This document shows, one piece after another, positions 27,478 to 37,223 of a stretch of DNA of 64,000 nucleotides. The stretch is from Phycisphaerae bacterium. GTDB taxonomy: Bacteria; Planctomycetota; Phycisphaerae; UBA1845; Fen-1342. Made by a program: the position numbers and the translations under genes. The stretch is taken from assembly GCA_050115495.1 (NCBI GenBank), contig JASFQK010000008.1:1-64000 (forward strand), in the 5' to 3' direction. The notes beneath the pieces were generated by a model, which saw nothing but the letters and a program-made list of their open reading frames with translations, was not told the origin of the DNA and made no database searches. Numbering within the stretch: the first letter of the stretch is position 1; the number at the start of each line of letters is the position of its first letter.

Positions 27478-28631
27478 CGGCGCAGGACCTCCTCGATGGC
27501 GGCCCGCACGTCGCCGACGGTGATGGCCTCCATGCAGGCCACGCCGTACGGGCAGGGCGGCGTGTAGCCGTAGCGCGTGCACGGGCTGCACGGCAGGTCC
27601 TTGCAGACGACGACGTAGTGGCGGCCCGGAGGAGCCCATTTCTCCATGATGCCGCTGCCGAACATGTGCACGGTCGGCGTACCGACGCCGTAGGCGATAT
27701 GCAGGGCGCCCGTGTCCGAACTGAGGTAGAGGCGGGCACGCTGCACGAGGCCGGCGGTTTGGGCCAGCGAGGTCTGGCCGGTCAGATCGAGCCAGTGTCG
27801 GCGGTCGAGGCCGGTGCGGATGAGGCGGGCCATGCCCACGGTGTCCGGGCCGCCGAGCAACACGACGAGATAGCCGCGTTCGGCGAGCCAGCGGGCGATT
27901 TCGGCGTAGCGGGCCGGCGGCCAATATTTGTGCGGCGTCGAGGCGCCGGGCACGATGACCGCGGCCGGACGCTCGCCGTGGTCGCCGAGCGTGCGGGCCG
28001 CCCATTCCTGCCAGGCCGGCCCGACCTCGAGGAACGGCCGATCGCGGTCGAACTCAGGTTTGTCGCCGCAGAGCGCCGCGGCGAGGTTCAGAAACGACAG
28101 GACCTCGTAGACCTGCTCCGAGTAGCGCACGCGGTGCGTCTGGAAGTGCCCGCGGCCGAGCGTGTCGAAGCCGCACAGGTACCGCGGCCGCAGGCGGTCG
28201 GCGACGACGCATGACAGGAAGTGGTACTGCTCAGTGTCGACGACGATGTCGTACGCGTTGCGCCGCAGCCGGGCCAGCGTGCTGGGGAAGCGCCAGTCGT
28301 CGTAGCGGTACACGTCGCGCACCCAGTCGTTGATGCGGTACACGCCGGCGTTGCGGCCTTCGCCGAGCGCGTCGATGCACGCTTCGCGGAAGTGGCTGCG
28401 CAGGACGCGGAGCATCGGGAAGGTCAGCACCGCGTCGCCGATACCACCCGGGCGAATGACGAGGATGCGCTGGATGCCCGACGGGGCAACCGGCCGCGCC
28501 TGCCACGGCGCAGGGGCGCCGGCCGGCGGCGGCTCGCTCAGGGCGCGGGCGTGCGGGCGGAAACGCTGGCACAGCCAGCGGCCCAGCAACCGGTCGCAAC
28601 GCTTCAACAGCCGGAGCTTCAGTGACAGCAT
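27474..28631 (-). CDS. Glycosyltransferase family 9 (heptosyltransferase-like)
   Basis: ILVIRPGGIGDAVL, PGAS...KYWP, SSDTGALHIA, CSPC. Confidence 0.92.
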   Translation of the reverse strand: MLSLKLRLLKRCDRLLGRWLCQRFRPHARALSEPPPAGAPAPWQARPVAPSGIQRILVIRPGGIGDAVLTFPMLRVLRSHFREACIDALGEGRNAGVYRINDWVRDVYRYDDWRFPSTLARLRRNAYDIVVDTEQYHFLSCVVADRLRPRYLCGFDTLGRGHFQTHRVRYSEQVYEVLSFLNLAAALCGDKPEFDRDRPFLEVGPAWQEWAARTLGDHGERPAAVIVPGASTPHKYWPPARYAEIARWLAERGYLVVLLGGPDTVGMARLIRTGLDRRHWLDLTGQTSLAQTAGLVQRARLYLSSDTGALHIAYGVGTPTVHMFGSGIMEKWAPPGRHYVVVCKDLPCSPCTRYGYTPPCPYGVACMEAITVGDVRAAIEEVLRR

Positions 28632-28747
28632 TGTCTAGACTCTACCCCAGCTTGCGCCAGGCCAAAAGAGCCCGGCGCCGCGGCGCAGCAGACAACGGCC
28701 ATTCTGATGGAGGTAATTTCGGCGGTTTACGTCGGCGGTAGGGGGGA

Positions 28748-29647
28748 CTACACGTCGACCAGAATGCTCTCGGCCTCGGCGATCTGCTCGGGCAGCTCCT
28801 GGCAGACTTCGCCCATGACGGTCGGCGTGACGCCGATCAGGGCCAGCATCTCCGCCGTGACTTCCTGAGCTTCGCCGGTCAGGTAGTAGCCGTGCTTCAT
28901 CTTGCAGCAGATCGTGTCAGCCACATAGACCATGGTGACGACCTTGCGGGCGTCGGCGCCGAGGATGTCGGGCTCATGGTGATAGGCCACCGTGTTGCAG
29001 ATCGCCGGCGGGAACTTCCACTTCGTGGCCAGCGCCGCGCCGAAGATCTGGTGGTCGGCCTCGATCAGCCGCTGCTCGGCGGCGCAGTAGTTCTGCGGTT
29101 CACCGGAGCAGAGCTCGGCGATCTCGGTCAGTTTCGCCGGGAGAAGCTGACCGATGACGAGCAGGCCCATGTCGTGCACCAGGCCGGCGACGAAGAACTC
29201 GTCCGCCTGGGCGATGCCGGCCCGCCTGGCCAGCAGCCGGGCGCAAACGCCGACGCTGATGGAGTGTCGCCACAGGTCATGCGGCGTGAACTGGCTGGTG
29301 ATCGGGTCGCCCTTGAACATCTGGGCCAGCGACGCCGCCAGGGCGATGTTCTTCACCGCGCTGAGGCCCAGCATGATGATGGCCCGGTCGAGGCTGGCGA
29401 CCTGCGAGGGTAGCCCGTAGAAGGCCGAGTTGACGACCTTCAGCACCTTCGTGGCCAGGGCCGGGTCGTTCTTGACGATTTCGTGCATGTCCTGGGCGGT
29501 GGCCCGCGGGTCCTCGACGACGCCGACGACCTTCGCCGTGATCTCGGGCAGCGAGTTGATCTCCGTGAAGCGCGACATGGCCTTCTGGAGATGCGGCGGC
29601 AACGTCCTTCCCTGGGGCGCGACGGTCGAACCTGCGGCAGCGGACAT
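28748..29647 (-). CDS. HDOD domain protein
   Basis: SLPE, DPALATKVLKVVNSAFYG, LWRHS, GLVHDMG, WKFP, YHH. RBS before MSAAAG. Confidence 0.92.
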   Translation of the reverse strand: MSAAAGSTVAPQGRTLPPHLQKAMSRFTEINSLPEITAKVVGVVEDPRATAQDMHEIVKNDPALATKVLKVVNSAFYGLPSQVASLDRAIIMLGLSAVKNIALAASLAQMFKGDPITSQFTPHDLWRHSISVGVCARLLARRAGIAQADEFFVAGLVHDMGLLVIGQLLPAKLTEIAELCSGEPQNYCAAEQRLIEADHQIFGAALATKWKFPPAICNTVAYHHEPDILGADARKVVTMVYVADTICCKMKHGYYLTGEAQEVTAEMLALIGVTPTVMGEVCQELPEQIAEAESILVDV

Positions 29648-30022
29648 AGACACTTCCTTACGCGTTACGCCGGGCGCGGCGACGGGCCGCGCGCCGGCTT
29701 CGGCTCGCCCCCCGGGGAACTGCATCCAGGCGGCCAGCACGTCGGCTGCGTGCATCTGTACAACTGGTCCGGGCGGGCCAAGAGACCCGCCACCTCTTCT
29801 ATCGACGTCAGCCACTCGGAAGTTCTCAAAGAATGACCTGGTTTCCGGACCGGTGGCGGCGGCTGGATCGAAGTTCCGATAACTAGGTTGCCGCGGGTCA
29901 TGTCCGCGGGTAGACTGTGTCTCAGCGCCGGACCGGCGACGGGCCGCGCGGCGGGCTCTTGCGTCGGCGGGGGGTGGCCGCACGCAGCGCAGTTGAGTCG
30001 CCAGGGACGATGGAGGGTTGGC

Positions 30023-30763
30023 GTGGAGCCGCTCGAGCGGGTTATCCCTATAGCCAGGCACCTGCTGACGATCCGGGTGGATGAGGAACGCAAGGACCTC
30101 TGGCTGTGGGAGCGCGCCGAGCGCGTGTTCCATTCTTCGCGCCTGCTCTCGCGGATTCCGGAGGTCACCGGACAGCAGATCGATCTCGTCGCTCTCGGCG
30201 CCGCCGCCCTGTTTCACTGTGCGGCGTGGGCGTCGCAGTTCGCGCAGGGCCGCGTCGACCGCTGGCAGATCCTGGCCCGGCCCACGAACGACATTCAACG
30301 CGAGCTCGGTGCGGCGTTGCTCGCCGAGCACGTCGGCCATCTGCTGCCACCCAAGACGGCGCGGCTGGCCGCCGACGCCATCCGCCAGTGCAACGACCAC
30401 CACACGCCGTTGATCGAGGCCCAGATCCTCGCTGAGGCCGAAAACCTCGATGAGATGGGCACACTCTACGTGCTCCGCCAGTTTCGGCAGTACCAGGCCG
30501 ACGGTCATCCGTTGAAGCAGATCACGGCGAGTTGGCAACGGCAGCGTGAATACCGATACTGGGAGGTGCGCGTCAGCAGCGGGCTGCGCTTCGAGACGAC
30601 GCGCCGGCTGGCTCGCGCCCGCTTACAGGCGGTCGATGCTTTCATGGAGGCGCTGGCCGGCGATCTGGGTAACGCGGACGTGGCACGTGTCCTGCAGGAG
30701 GCGGGCATCGAGCTGCCGGCCCCTCCCGTCGTGGAGGAGCTTCCGCCCGAGCAAGGACACTGA
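30023..30763 (+). CDS. Degenerate HD-superfamily protein
   Basis: LWERAERV, AALFHCAAW and LAEAENLDEMG follow HD-fold spacing but lack the metal ligands. GGAGG RBS before GTG. Confidence 0.65.
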   Translation: MEPLERVIPIARHLLTIRVDEERKDLWLWERAERVFHSSRLLSRIPEVTGQQIDLVALGAAALFHCAAWASQFAQGRVDRWQILARPTNDIQRELGAALLAEHVGHLLPPKTARLAADAIRQCNDHHTPLIEAQILAEAENLDEMGTLYVLRQFRQYQADGHPLKQITASWQRQREYRYWEVRVSSGLRFETTRRLARARLQAVDAFMEALAGDLGNADVARVLQEAGIELPAPPVVEELPPEQGH

Positions 30764-30807
30764 TGAAGACGACGGCCCCGCCGCCACTACCCTGGACAGG
30801 ATGCCGG

Positions 30808-31350
30808 ATGCAGCAGGACATAGCGCGGATTCTGTTTCGACGTGAGGCGATCCAGGCCCGGGTCCGGGCCCTGGCCACCGAGATCTCCGCTGTCTATAAC
30901 GGGGACGAGCGCGGGCTGACGCTCGTGCCGATCCTCTCCGGGTCGATCATCTTCCTGGCCGACCTCATCCGCGAATTGCCGCTGAAGATGAAGATCGCCC
31001 TCATCCAGATCTCGACTTACCCCGGGAGGTCCGTCACGGCGCAGGAGCCGGAGACGGTGATGGAGCTCTCCGGCGACGTGCAGGGCCGTAACGTCCTCCT
31101 CGTGGACGACATCCTGGATAGCGGGCGGACCCTGCGGCGCGTGCGGGCCATGGTGGCCGAGCGCGGGGCGGTCAGCGTGCGCACGGCCGTCCTATTGCGC
31201 AAGCCGGCGAAGGCCCCCGCCGATGTTTCGGTTGACTTCGTCGGCTTCGACGTGGAAGATTCATTTGTGGTCGGGTACGGATTGGATTACGACGACCACT
31301 ATCGCAACTTTCCGCACATCGGTGTGTTGAGGCCGGAGCTCCTGCCGTGA
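30808..31350 (+). CDS. hpt: Hypoxanthine phosphoribosyltransferase
   Basis: PRPP motif VLLVDDILDSGRT and FVVGYGLDY. Alternative start at 30763. Confidence 0.95.
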   Translation: MQQDIARILFRREAIQARVRALATEISAVYNGDERGLTLVPILSGSIIFLADLIRELPLKMKIALIQISTYPGRSVTAQEPETVMELSGDVQGRNVLLVDDILDSGRTLRRVRAMVAERGAVSVRTAVLLRKPAKAPADVSVDFVGFDVEDSFVVGYGLDYDDHYRNFPHIGVLRPELLP

Positions 31351-31919
31351 CGCAGCAGCCTGGGGTCGACCCGAGCAAGTCGGTGGTGGCGGAGACGCCA
31401 TCCGCCACTGTCACCGTGAAGAAGCCCGCTCCCGGTATCCAACTGCTCGGCGGCGACGAGATCATTCAGCTTTCGTTGCGACCTTCGCCCTGGTGCATCG
31501 TCCTGTATTCGGGCAAGCCGCTGTTGGTGCTCGCCCTGCTGACTGCGGCCGCGCTCATCGCCATTCGCGGGCAGTCGCCGGTGGCTTTGTCGATCGCGTT
31601 GGTCGTCGTCGTGCTGGCGGCGTTCTGTGCGGTGGTCGCGGCCACGCTGCAATGGGCGAGCCGCATCTACGTGCTCACCAATCGCCGCGTGCTGCAATTC
31701 AGCGGCGTGTTCGCCATGCAGGTCGCCGAGTGCGCCCTGAAAGCCCTGAGCAACGTGCAGTTGGAGCTGTCGTGGTACCAGCCGATGCTGCGGCTGGGCA
31801 CGATTCGCCTGAACCCCATCAGCGACGCCGAGCCGGCCATGATGTGGGAGCACGTCGCCCGCCCCGCCGAAGTGCACGAGATTCTGGCCAGAGCAATTCA
31901 GAAGGCGAAGACGGGCTAG
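31347..31919 (+). CDS. Membrane protein with bacterial PH domain (bPH_2-like)
   Basis: Two TM helices followed by YVLTNRRV...G...LGTI. GTGA overlap with hpt. Confidence 0.8.
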   Translation: MTQQPGVDPSKSVVAETPSATVTVKKPAPGIQLLGGDEIIQLSLRPSPWCIVLYSGKPLLVLALLTAAALIAIRGQSPVALSIALVVVVLAAFCAVVAATLQWASRIYVLTNRRVLQFSGVFAMQVAECALKALSNVQLELSWYQPMLRLGTIRLNPISDAEPAMMWEHVARPAEVHEILARAIQKAKTG

Positions 31920-31920
31920 C

Positions 31921-32057
31921 GTAGCGTCGGCCCCCCGTGGCCGACGTGAGGCGCCGACGCACGCGGTGTGGTGTGGCATGCCGAAGCGCAGCGCCGGCAT
32001 GTACGTGCCCGCGCGAGAGCTACACATGCCGGCGCCTTCGGCTTCAGCATGCCACAC
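31921..32057. repeat. GTAG REP followed by an ~87-bp REPIN/MITE with GTGTGGCATG...CATGCCACAC ends
   Basis: The REP at 31921-31946 is identical to the reverse complement of 60398-60423. Element 31971-32057 recurs inverted at 36970-37055. Confidence 0.75.
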
Positions 32058-32080
32058 CTCTGCTTCGTACGCGAAGGCCG

Positions 32081-33460
32081 CTACGCCAGCGCCGTTAGAC
32101 CGTGGTCCACGCAATCCGCGAGGAAATCCACGTCCGCCTTCGTCAGGCACATCGGCGGGGCGAAGCGTATCGTGTTCCAGTAGCTGCCCGACTTGCCCAC
32201 CAGCAGGCCGAGGTTGCGCACGTGCTCGACGAGGCGCTTCGTCTCTTCCGTCGCGGGGGCTTTCGTCCGCCGATCTTTGACGAGCTCGATGGCCTGGAGC
32301 AGCCCCATGCCGCGCACGTCGCCGATGAGGGCGTGCTTCTCCTGGAGTTCGAGCAGCCGCTGATGCAGATAGCCGCCGATCTCCTTCGCCCGCTGCTGGA
32401 TGTTCTCCTGATCGATCACGTCCAGCGTGGCCAGGCCGGCGGTGACGGACACAGGGTTGCCGCCGAACGTATTGAAGTGCAGCTTCTTCGCCAGGTGGAC
32501 GGCGATCTCCGGCCGCGTGGTGACGGCTGATAGCGGCGCTCCGTTGCCGATACCCTTGGCCATCGTTACCATGTCGGGCACGACGCCGAAGTTCTCGAAG
32601 CCCCAGAAATGCTCGCCCGTCCGGCCCCAGCCGGTCTGCACCTCGTCCGCGATGAACAACCCGCCATGTCGGTGGACGATCTCGCTGGCGACCTGGAAAT
32701 ACTCCGGCGGCGGCACAATCACGCCGCCGACGCCCTGGATCGGTTCGGCGATCAGGCAGGCGACGCGGCCGGCCGTCTCCGTCTGGATCAGCGATTCGAG
32801 CCCGTGGGCGCATTGAAGATCGCAGTCGGGGTAATTCAGCCCGAGCGGGCAGCGGTAGCAGTAGCCGGGACAGGCGTACTTCACGTCGAGCCCGCCGTCG
32901 GCGCTGAACTTCCAGTCGCCGATCGCGGTCAGGCGCATCGTGCAGCCGGTGCCGCCGTGGTAGCCGTTACGCAGGCCGAGCACGGTGTTGCTGCCGGTGT
33001 GCAGCCGGGCCAGCAGCACGGCGTATTCGTTCGCTTCGCTGCCCGAGTTGCCGAAATACGTCTGTTGCAGCGACGAGTTGGCGGGCATGTGCTCGGCGAT
33101 CCGCCGGCCGTACTGGGCGACCGTTGGGTGCAGGTACAGCGTCGTCGTGTGGACCAGCCGGCCAACCTGCTCCTGCACGCGCCCCGTCACTTCGGGGTGA
33201 CAGTGGCCGACGGAAACGGTCACGATGCCGCCGGCGGCGTCGAGGTATTGCCGACCCCGCTCGTCCCAAACGTACTGCATGTGCCCCTCGACGACGCACA
33301 ACGGCTCGTCGTAATAGGCCAGCATGCCCGGATTCAGATACTCCCGGCGGAGGGCCAGGATCTCCTCGCGTGACGGCCCATCGTACGCCCGGGGCTTGTG
33401 CGGACTCGGGGGGAGCGTGGGTGTGCTGCTCTGGCTGCTCTGGCGGCTATGGCTCGACAT
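32081..33460 (-). CDS. PLP-dependent aminotransferase class III (AGXT2-like)
   Basis: NSGSEANE, YHG, AEPIQGVGG, DEVQTGWGRTG, MAKGIGNG, TFGGNP. Confidence 0.93.
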   Translation of the reverse strand: MSSHSRQSSQSSTPTLPPSPHKPRAYDGPSREEILALRREYLNPGMLAYYDEPLCVVEGHMQYVWDERGRQYLDAAGGIVTVSVGHCHPEVTGRVQEQVGRLVHTTTLYLHPTVAQYGRRIAEHMPANSSLQQTYFGNSGSEANEYAVLLARLHTGSNTVLGLRNGYHGGTGCTMRLTAIGDWKFSADGGLDVKYACPGYCYRCPLGLNYPDCDLQCAHGLESLIQTETAGRVACLIAEPIQGVGGVIVPPPEYFQVASEIVHRHGGLFIADEVQTGWGRTGEHFWGFENFGVVPDMVTMAKGIGNGAPLSAVTTRPEIAVHLAKKLHFNTFGGNPVSVTAGLATLDVIDQENIQQRAKEIGGYLHQRLLELQEKHALIGDVRGMGLLQAIELVKDRRTKAPATEETKRLVEHVRNLGLLVGKSGSYWNTIRFAPPMCLTKADVDFLADCVDHGLTALA

Positions 33461-33519
33461 TCGCGTCCTTTCGTGTTTCCTGCGCGACGGACAGCATCTT
33501 AACGCGCGCCGCGTGGTCT

Positions 33520-33657
33520 GTCCGAGCCGCGACCGGCAGGGAGCAGTCTGGTTTGCCGGTGGCCTCTCGCTTCCGCGCAGTGACCCGTCGCTACCGCTCA
33601 GGGCTCGGATTCACGTGATGGGGCGCGCAGGTGCCACTGGTGGCTTGCCCACTAGTG
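33520..33657. repeat. REP-like palindromes
   Basis: TCCGAGCC...GGCTCGGA ends (about 33521-33609) and CACTGGTGG-CTTGC-CCACTAGTG. Confidence 0.45.
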
Positions 33658-33676
33658 TCTTCGCCGCCCGTACAAT

Positions 33677-34192
33677 ATGCCTGTGAACGACGACACATCC
33701 TCCCAGCCGATACGCGTGGCGTGCGACGCGATGTGCGGGGGACTGGCTCGCTGGCTGCGCGCGCTCGGCGTCGACGCCAGCTACACGCCCGGCATCGACG
33801 ACAGCGATCTCGTCGCCCACGCCCAGACCGAGGGGCGCCTCGTCGTCTCCTCCGATCACAAGCTCTTCGAGCGGCGGGTTTTCACGATGCACGAGCTGCC
33901 CGGCCTGCTGATGCCTGTCGGGCTGCGTCTGCGCGAACAGCTCCGCTTCACCGTCCGCGAACTCGCGCTCACCGTCGGCTTCCCGCGCTGCACACTTTGC
34001 AACGGTGAACTCGCCCCGGTCCGCCGGGCTGAGGTCGGCGACGTCGTCCCCGCCCGTAGCCTCGTCTGGGCCCGCACGTTCTACCAATGCCAGGGCTGCG
34101 GCCACGTCTTCTGGGAAGGTACGCACTGGCGGCGGATCGGCGCCGTCCGGTCGGCGATGCAGGCGATCGCCGACGACGATCCGCCGACCTAA
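33677..34192 (+). CDS. Mut7-C RNase (PIN-fold) domain protein
   Basis: DAMCGGLARWLRALGVD, RCTLCNG, CQGCGHVFWEGTHW. Confidence 0.92.
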   Translation: MPVNDDTSSQPIRVACDAMCGGLARWLRALGVDASYTPGIDDSDLVAHAQTEGRLVVSSDHKLFERRVFTMHELPGLLMPVGLRLREQLRFTVRELALTVGFPRCTLCNGELAPVRRAEVGDVVPARSLVWARTFYQCQGCGHVFWEGTHWRRIGAVRSAMQAIADDDPPT

Positions 34193-34319
34193 GTCGTGTA
34201 GCCGTACGCGTTTGCCGCAGCGGCCTCGCCGACCGGGCCACATTTCGATTGACGCTCGGCCCGCCAACGTGACATAATACACGCTCTCTCGGCGAGTTTG
34301 ACCCCATATGGAGGGTGCC

Positions 34320-35420
34320 ATGCCCGACGCGAACACAATATATTGTGGTGACGCCTGCAAGCTGCTCGAAAGCTGGCCCGAGGGCACGTTCAACCTCGTC
34401 TTCGCCGACCCGCCGTTCAATATTGGGTACGTCTACGACAAGTACAGCGACGACCTGCCCAACGAGAAGTACGTCGACTGGTCGACGCAGTGGATGTCCG
34501 CCTGCCAGCGCGTGCTGAAGCCGGACGGCTCGTTCTATATCGCGATCGGGGACGACTTCGCGGCGGACATCCGCATGATCGGCCGAGAGATCGGCCTGCA
34601 CCTGCGGAACTGGATCATCTGGCGGTACTCGTTCGGCCAGCATATGCGGGCCAAGTTCTGCCGGTCGCACACGCACATCTTCTATTTCACAAAGAGCCCC
34701 GACGACTTCACCTTCAACGATGACCTGCTCCGCTTCCCCAGCGCCCGGCACACCGAGTACCAGGACCTGCGGGCCAATCCGGCGGGGCGGCTGCCCGACG
34801 ATGTGTGGGACGAGTTCCCCCGCGTCTGTGGCACGTTCAAGGAGCGGGCCGGCTTCCACGGGTGCCAGATGCCCGAGGCCCTGCTCATGCGCATCGTCGC
34901 CGCCAGCAGCAATCCCGGCGACTGGGTCCTCGACCCGTTCGTCGGCAGCGGCACGACGGTCGTCGCCGCCCAGCGGCTCGGCCGCAAGTACGTCGGCGTC
35001 GACGTTTCGAAGCAGTACGTCAAGCGCACCGAGCAGCGCCTGGCGGACACGCAGGCCCGCGACGAGGCCGAGCCGGCGGACGGTGCCTGGCCGACGCTGC
35101 ACGTGGACATGCTGGCCCAGCTTTACCGTGAGACGCGCGTCTCCGCCGCCAACCTGATCAATAACGACGTGGCCATGCGCGTGGTCGCCGCCTCGCTGAG
35201 CACGCGCACAGGTTGCGCGTATGACGTCGAGGCCGTCCGTGGACAGTTGGAGCGGATGGCGTCGGCGGGTCAGCTTCCGAAGCTGCCCAATGACGTGCCG
35301 TTCACGCCGCGCAAACACGTAACCTCCGAGGGCAAGCGCTACGTGCGGAAGACGGTCCGCTGGAAAGGGCGCAAAGATGCCGCCGGCACGCCGCGAAAAC
35401 GAGCGCGGCGGGCCTCGTAG
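34320..35420 (+). CDS. Orphan N4C/N6A DNA methyltransferase (beta arrangement) with C-terminal extension
   Basis: Catalytic FADPPFN precedes SAM-binding LDPFVGSGTT. GGAGGG RBS. Confidence 0.92.
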   Translation: MPDANTIYCGDACKLLESWPEGTFNLVFADPPFNIGYVYDKYSDDLPNEKYVDWSTQWMSACQRVLKPDGSFYIAIGDDFAADIRMIGREIGLHLRNWIIWRYSFGQHMRAKFCRSHTHIFYFTKSPDDFTFNDDLLRFPSARHTEYQDLRANPAGRLPDDVWDEFPRVCGTFKERAGFHGCQMPEALLMRIVAASSNPGDWVLDPFVGSGTTVVAAQRLGRKYVGVDVSKQYVKRTEQRLADTQARDEAEPADGAWPTLHVDMLAQLYRETRVSAANLINNDVAMRVVAASLSTRTGCAYDVEAVRGQLERMASAGQLPKLPNDVPFTPRKHVTSEGKRYVRKTVRWKGRKDAAGTPRKRARRAS

Positions 35421-35477
35421 CTTGCCAGTAGGGGGGTAGGGCGGGAATAATACCGCTGGCTCAGGCGGCCAGTGGAG

Positions 35478-36620
35478 ATGCAATCTGTGATGGTAGAAAC
35501 AGAGACACGCGCCGGCGAGGCGACCGAACCGGTCGAACTGAACAAAGCCCACCTCCTGACGATCCTGCTGACGTTGGGCGGCATTCTCGTGGGGCTGGTC
35601 ACGGTGTGCTGGGCGCTGGCCCGCTATGGCGAACTGGCCAAGGCCAGCGACGCCACGGCGTCCGATTTCCTGCGCACGACCGCGCTGATGTTCATTGGTC
35701 TGGGGCTAGGCTGCGCGCTGGGCGTTGCCGGCGAAGTGCTCCGCCGGCTGGACGCCGTGCTCGAAGCGCTGCGGGCGTTGCCTGCTGCCGGGCCGGCGAC
35801 GCTGAGCCTGGCCGCGCGCCACGATCAGGCCGCGCCGACGACGGACAACTCCGGGGCCCTGTTGCGCGAGCTGGTCGTCCTGACCCGCGAGCTACGCGAT
35901 GTGTCCCTGCTCGACGATGAGGAGCGGCAGGCGCGCGTGCGGGCGCAGGGGCAGGCGCTGGCTCGCCAGCTTACCGAGGAAATCCCGGCCATGCTCCGCG
36001 AGCATGACTGGCTCGAAGCCCGGCAGCGCGTCCAGGCGGCCCGCGAGCGCTTCCCGACTTTCTCCGAGTGGGATCACCTCGAAGAGCAGATCGAGAAGAT
36101 GCGCAGCACGGTCGAGACGCGCGACATCGAAACGGCCACGCGGCAGGTGGACGACCTGGCCGCGCTCGGCGCATGGGAGCGGGCCGCGAGCGTGGTCAGC
36201 GAATTGCGCGAGCGGCATCCCGATTCGGCGCCGGCCCGCGAATTGGCCCGTCGCGTGCGGATCCAGCGGGACAAGGCCAGTGCCGAGCATCGGGCCCGCC
36301 TGATGGCCCAGGCGCAGGAGGCCGTCGGCCGCCGCGAGTGGAACCAGGCCCTCGCGTTGGCGAACGACGTGATTCGCCGCTTCCCGCGGTCACCGGAAGC
36401 GGAAGCGTTGCGGCAACAGCTTCCCACGCTGGCGGAGAACGCCGAGATCCAGACGCGTCAGCACATGGAGCAGGAATTCCGCGGTCTGATGCAGCGGCAC
36501 CGTTACCGGGACGCCCTGCGTCTGGCCCGCGACCTGATCGCCCGCTACCCCGCCTCGCCGCAGGCGGAGGTCCTCCGCGCCCAGCTAGCCCGTCTGGAAG
36601 CCAAAGCCGCCGGGCGGTAG
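35478..36620 (+). CDS. Membrane-anchored helical-repeat (TPR-like) protein
   Basis: Two N-terminal TM segments and repeated W..A......L..RYP.S..A units. Confidence 0.75.
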   Translation: MQSVMVETETRAGEATEPVELNKAHLLTILLTLGGILVGLVTVCWALARYGELAKASDATASDFLRTTALMFIGLGLGCALGVAGEVLRRLDAVLEALRALPAAGPATLSLAARHDQAAPTTDNSGALLRELVVLTRELRDVSLLDDEERQARVRAQGQALARQLTEEIPAMLREHDWLEARQRVQAARERFPTFSEWDHLEEQIEKMRSTVETRDIETATRQVDDLAALGAWERAASVVSELRERHPDSAPARELARRVRIQRDKASAEHRARLMAQAQEAVGRREWNQALALANDVIRRFPRSPEAEALRQQLPTLAENAEIQTRQHMEQEFRGLMQRHRYRDALRLARDLIARYPASPQAEVLRAQLARLEAKAAGR

Positions 36621-36659
36621 CGTCCCGTAGCGGCCGGGCTCTGTGGCGGACGTCTTCGG

Positions 36660-36721
36660 ACAGTCATCAGCCGTCAGCTTCGGGCCACGAGCCTTGGGCC
36701 ACGAGCCGTGAGCCCTGAGCC
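36660..36721. repeat. Degenerate heptamer tandem repeat (e.g. GAGCCGT/GAGCCTT)
   Basis: 7-nt periodicity, with a similar tract at about 41716-41747. Confidence 0.4.
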
Positions 36722-36969
36722 GGAGCAGCCGCACGACCTCGCAGCAACGCGACGGTGTGTCACTGCTCTTGAGCAGTGCTTTTCATCTTTCGCAACAAGG
36801 CACGTGCGTCGATAACCGATCGCCGGTGCGGGGGTCGAACGGTCCACGCGTGCTGATATGTCGATCGTTGGTTGTCGACACACCCGCGCTGTCACCGTGG
36901 ACCACCTGCACTGCTCAAGAGCAGCGGCACGCACGTGCGTTCATCACTGGGACCGACGTTCGATGCGGA

Positions 36970-37199
36970 GTGGGCATGCCGAAGCCTTTGGCGCCGGCAT
37001 GTAGAGCTTCTGCGCGGGTACGTTCATGCCGGCGCTGCGCTTCAGCATGCCACACCGCGCTGCGAAAGTCGTTTGGCGTTCGACGTCGGCCAGAGGTGGC
37101 CGACGCTGCGGGACGGCCGGCACGGAGACCGGCCGCTACGGGACGGTCGGTACGGAGCCCGGATGCTGCGCGACGTCCGGTACGGAGCCCGGCCGCTGC
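36970..37199 (-). repeat. REPIN copy (36970-37055) plus four tandem GTAG/GCAG REPs with 30-bp period (37084-37199)
   Basis: Units start at 37084, 37114, 37144 and 37174; located between convergent genes. Confidence 0.75.
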
Positions 37200-37223
37200 C
37201 GGACTCGACACGCGGCCAGGGTG

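Noticed and set aside
26717..27739. N-terminal extension of the TMTC-like ORF
   Set aside because: It overlaps the methyltransferase and GT9 genes in another frame; the real start is the coupled ATG at 26716.
29648..30538. N-terminal extension of the HDOD ORF
   Set aside because: It is antisense to the HD-like gene, and an RBS supports the start at 29647.
37084..37199. 30-bp periodic palindromes as a mini-CRISPR
   Set aside because: Only 4 nt lie between units, and the same palindromes occur singly elsewhere as REPs.
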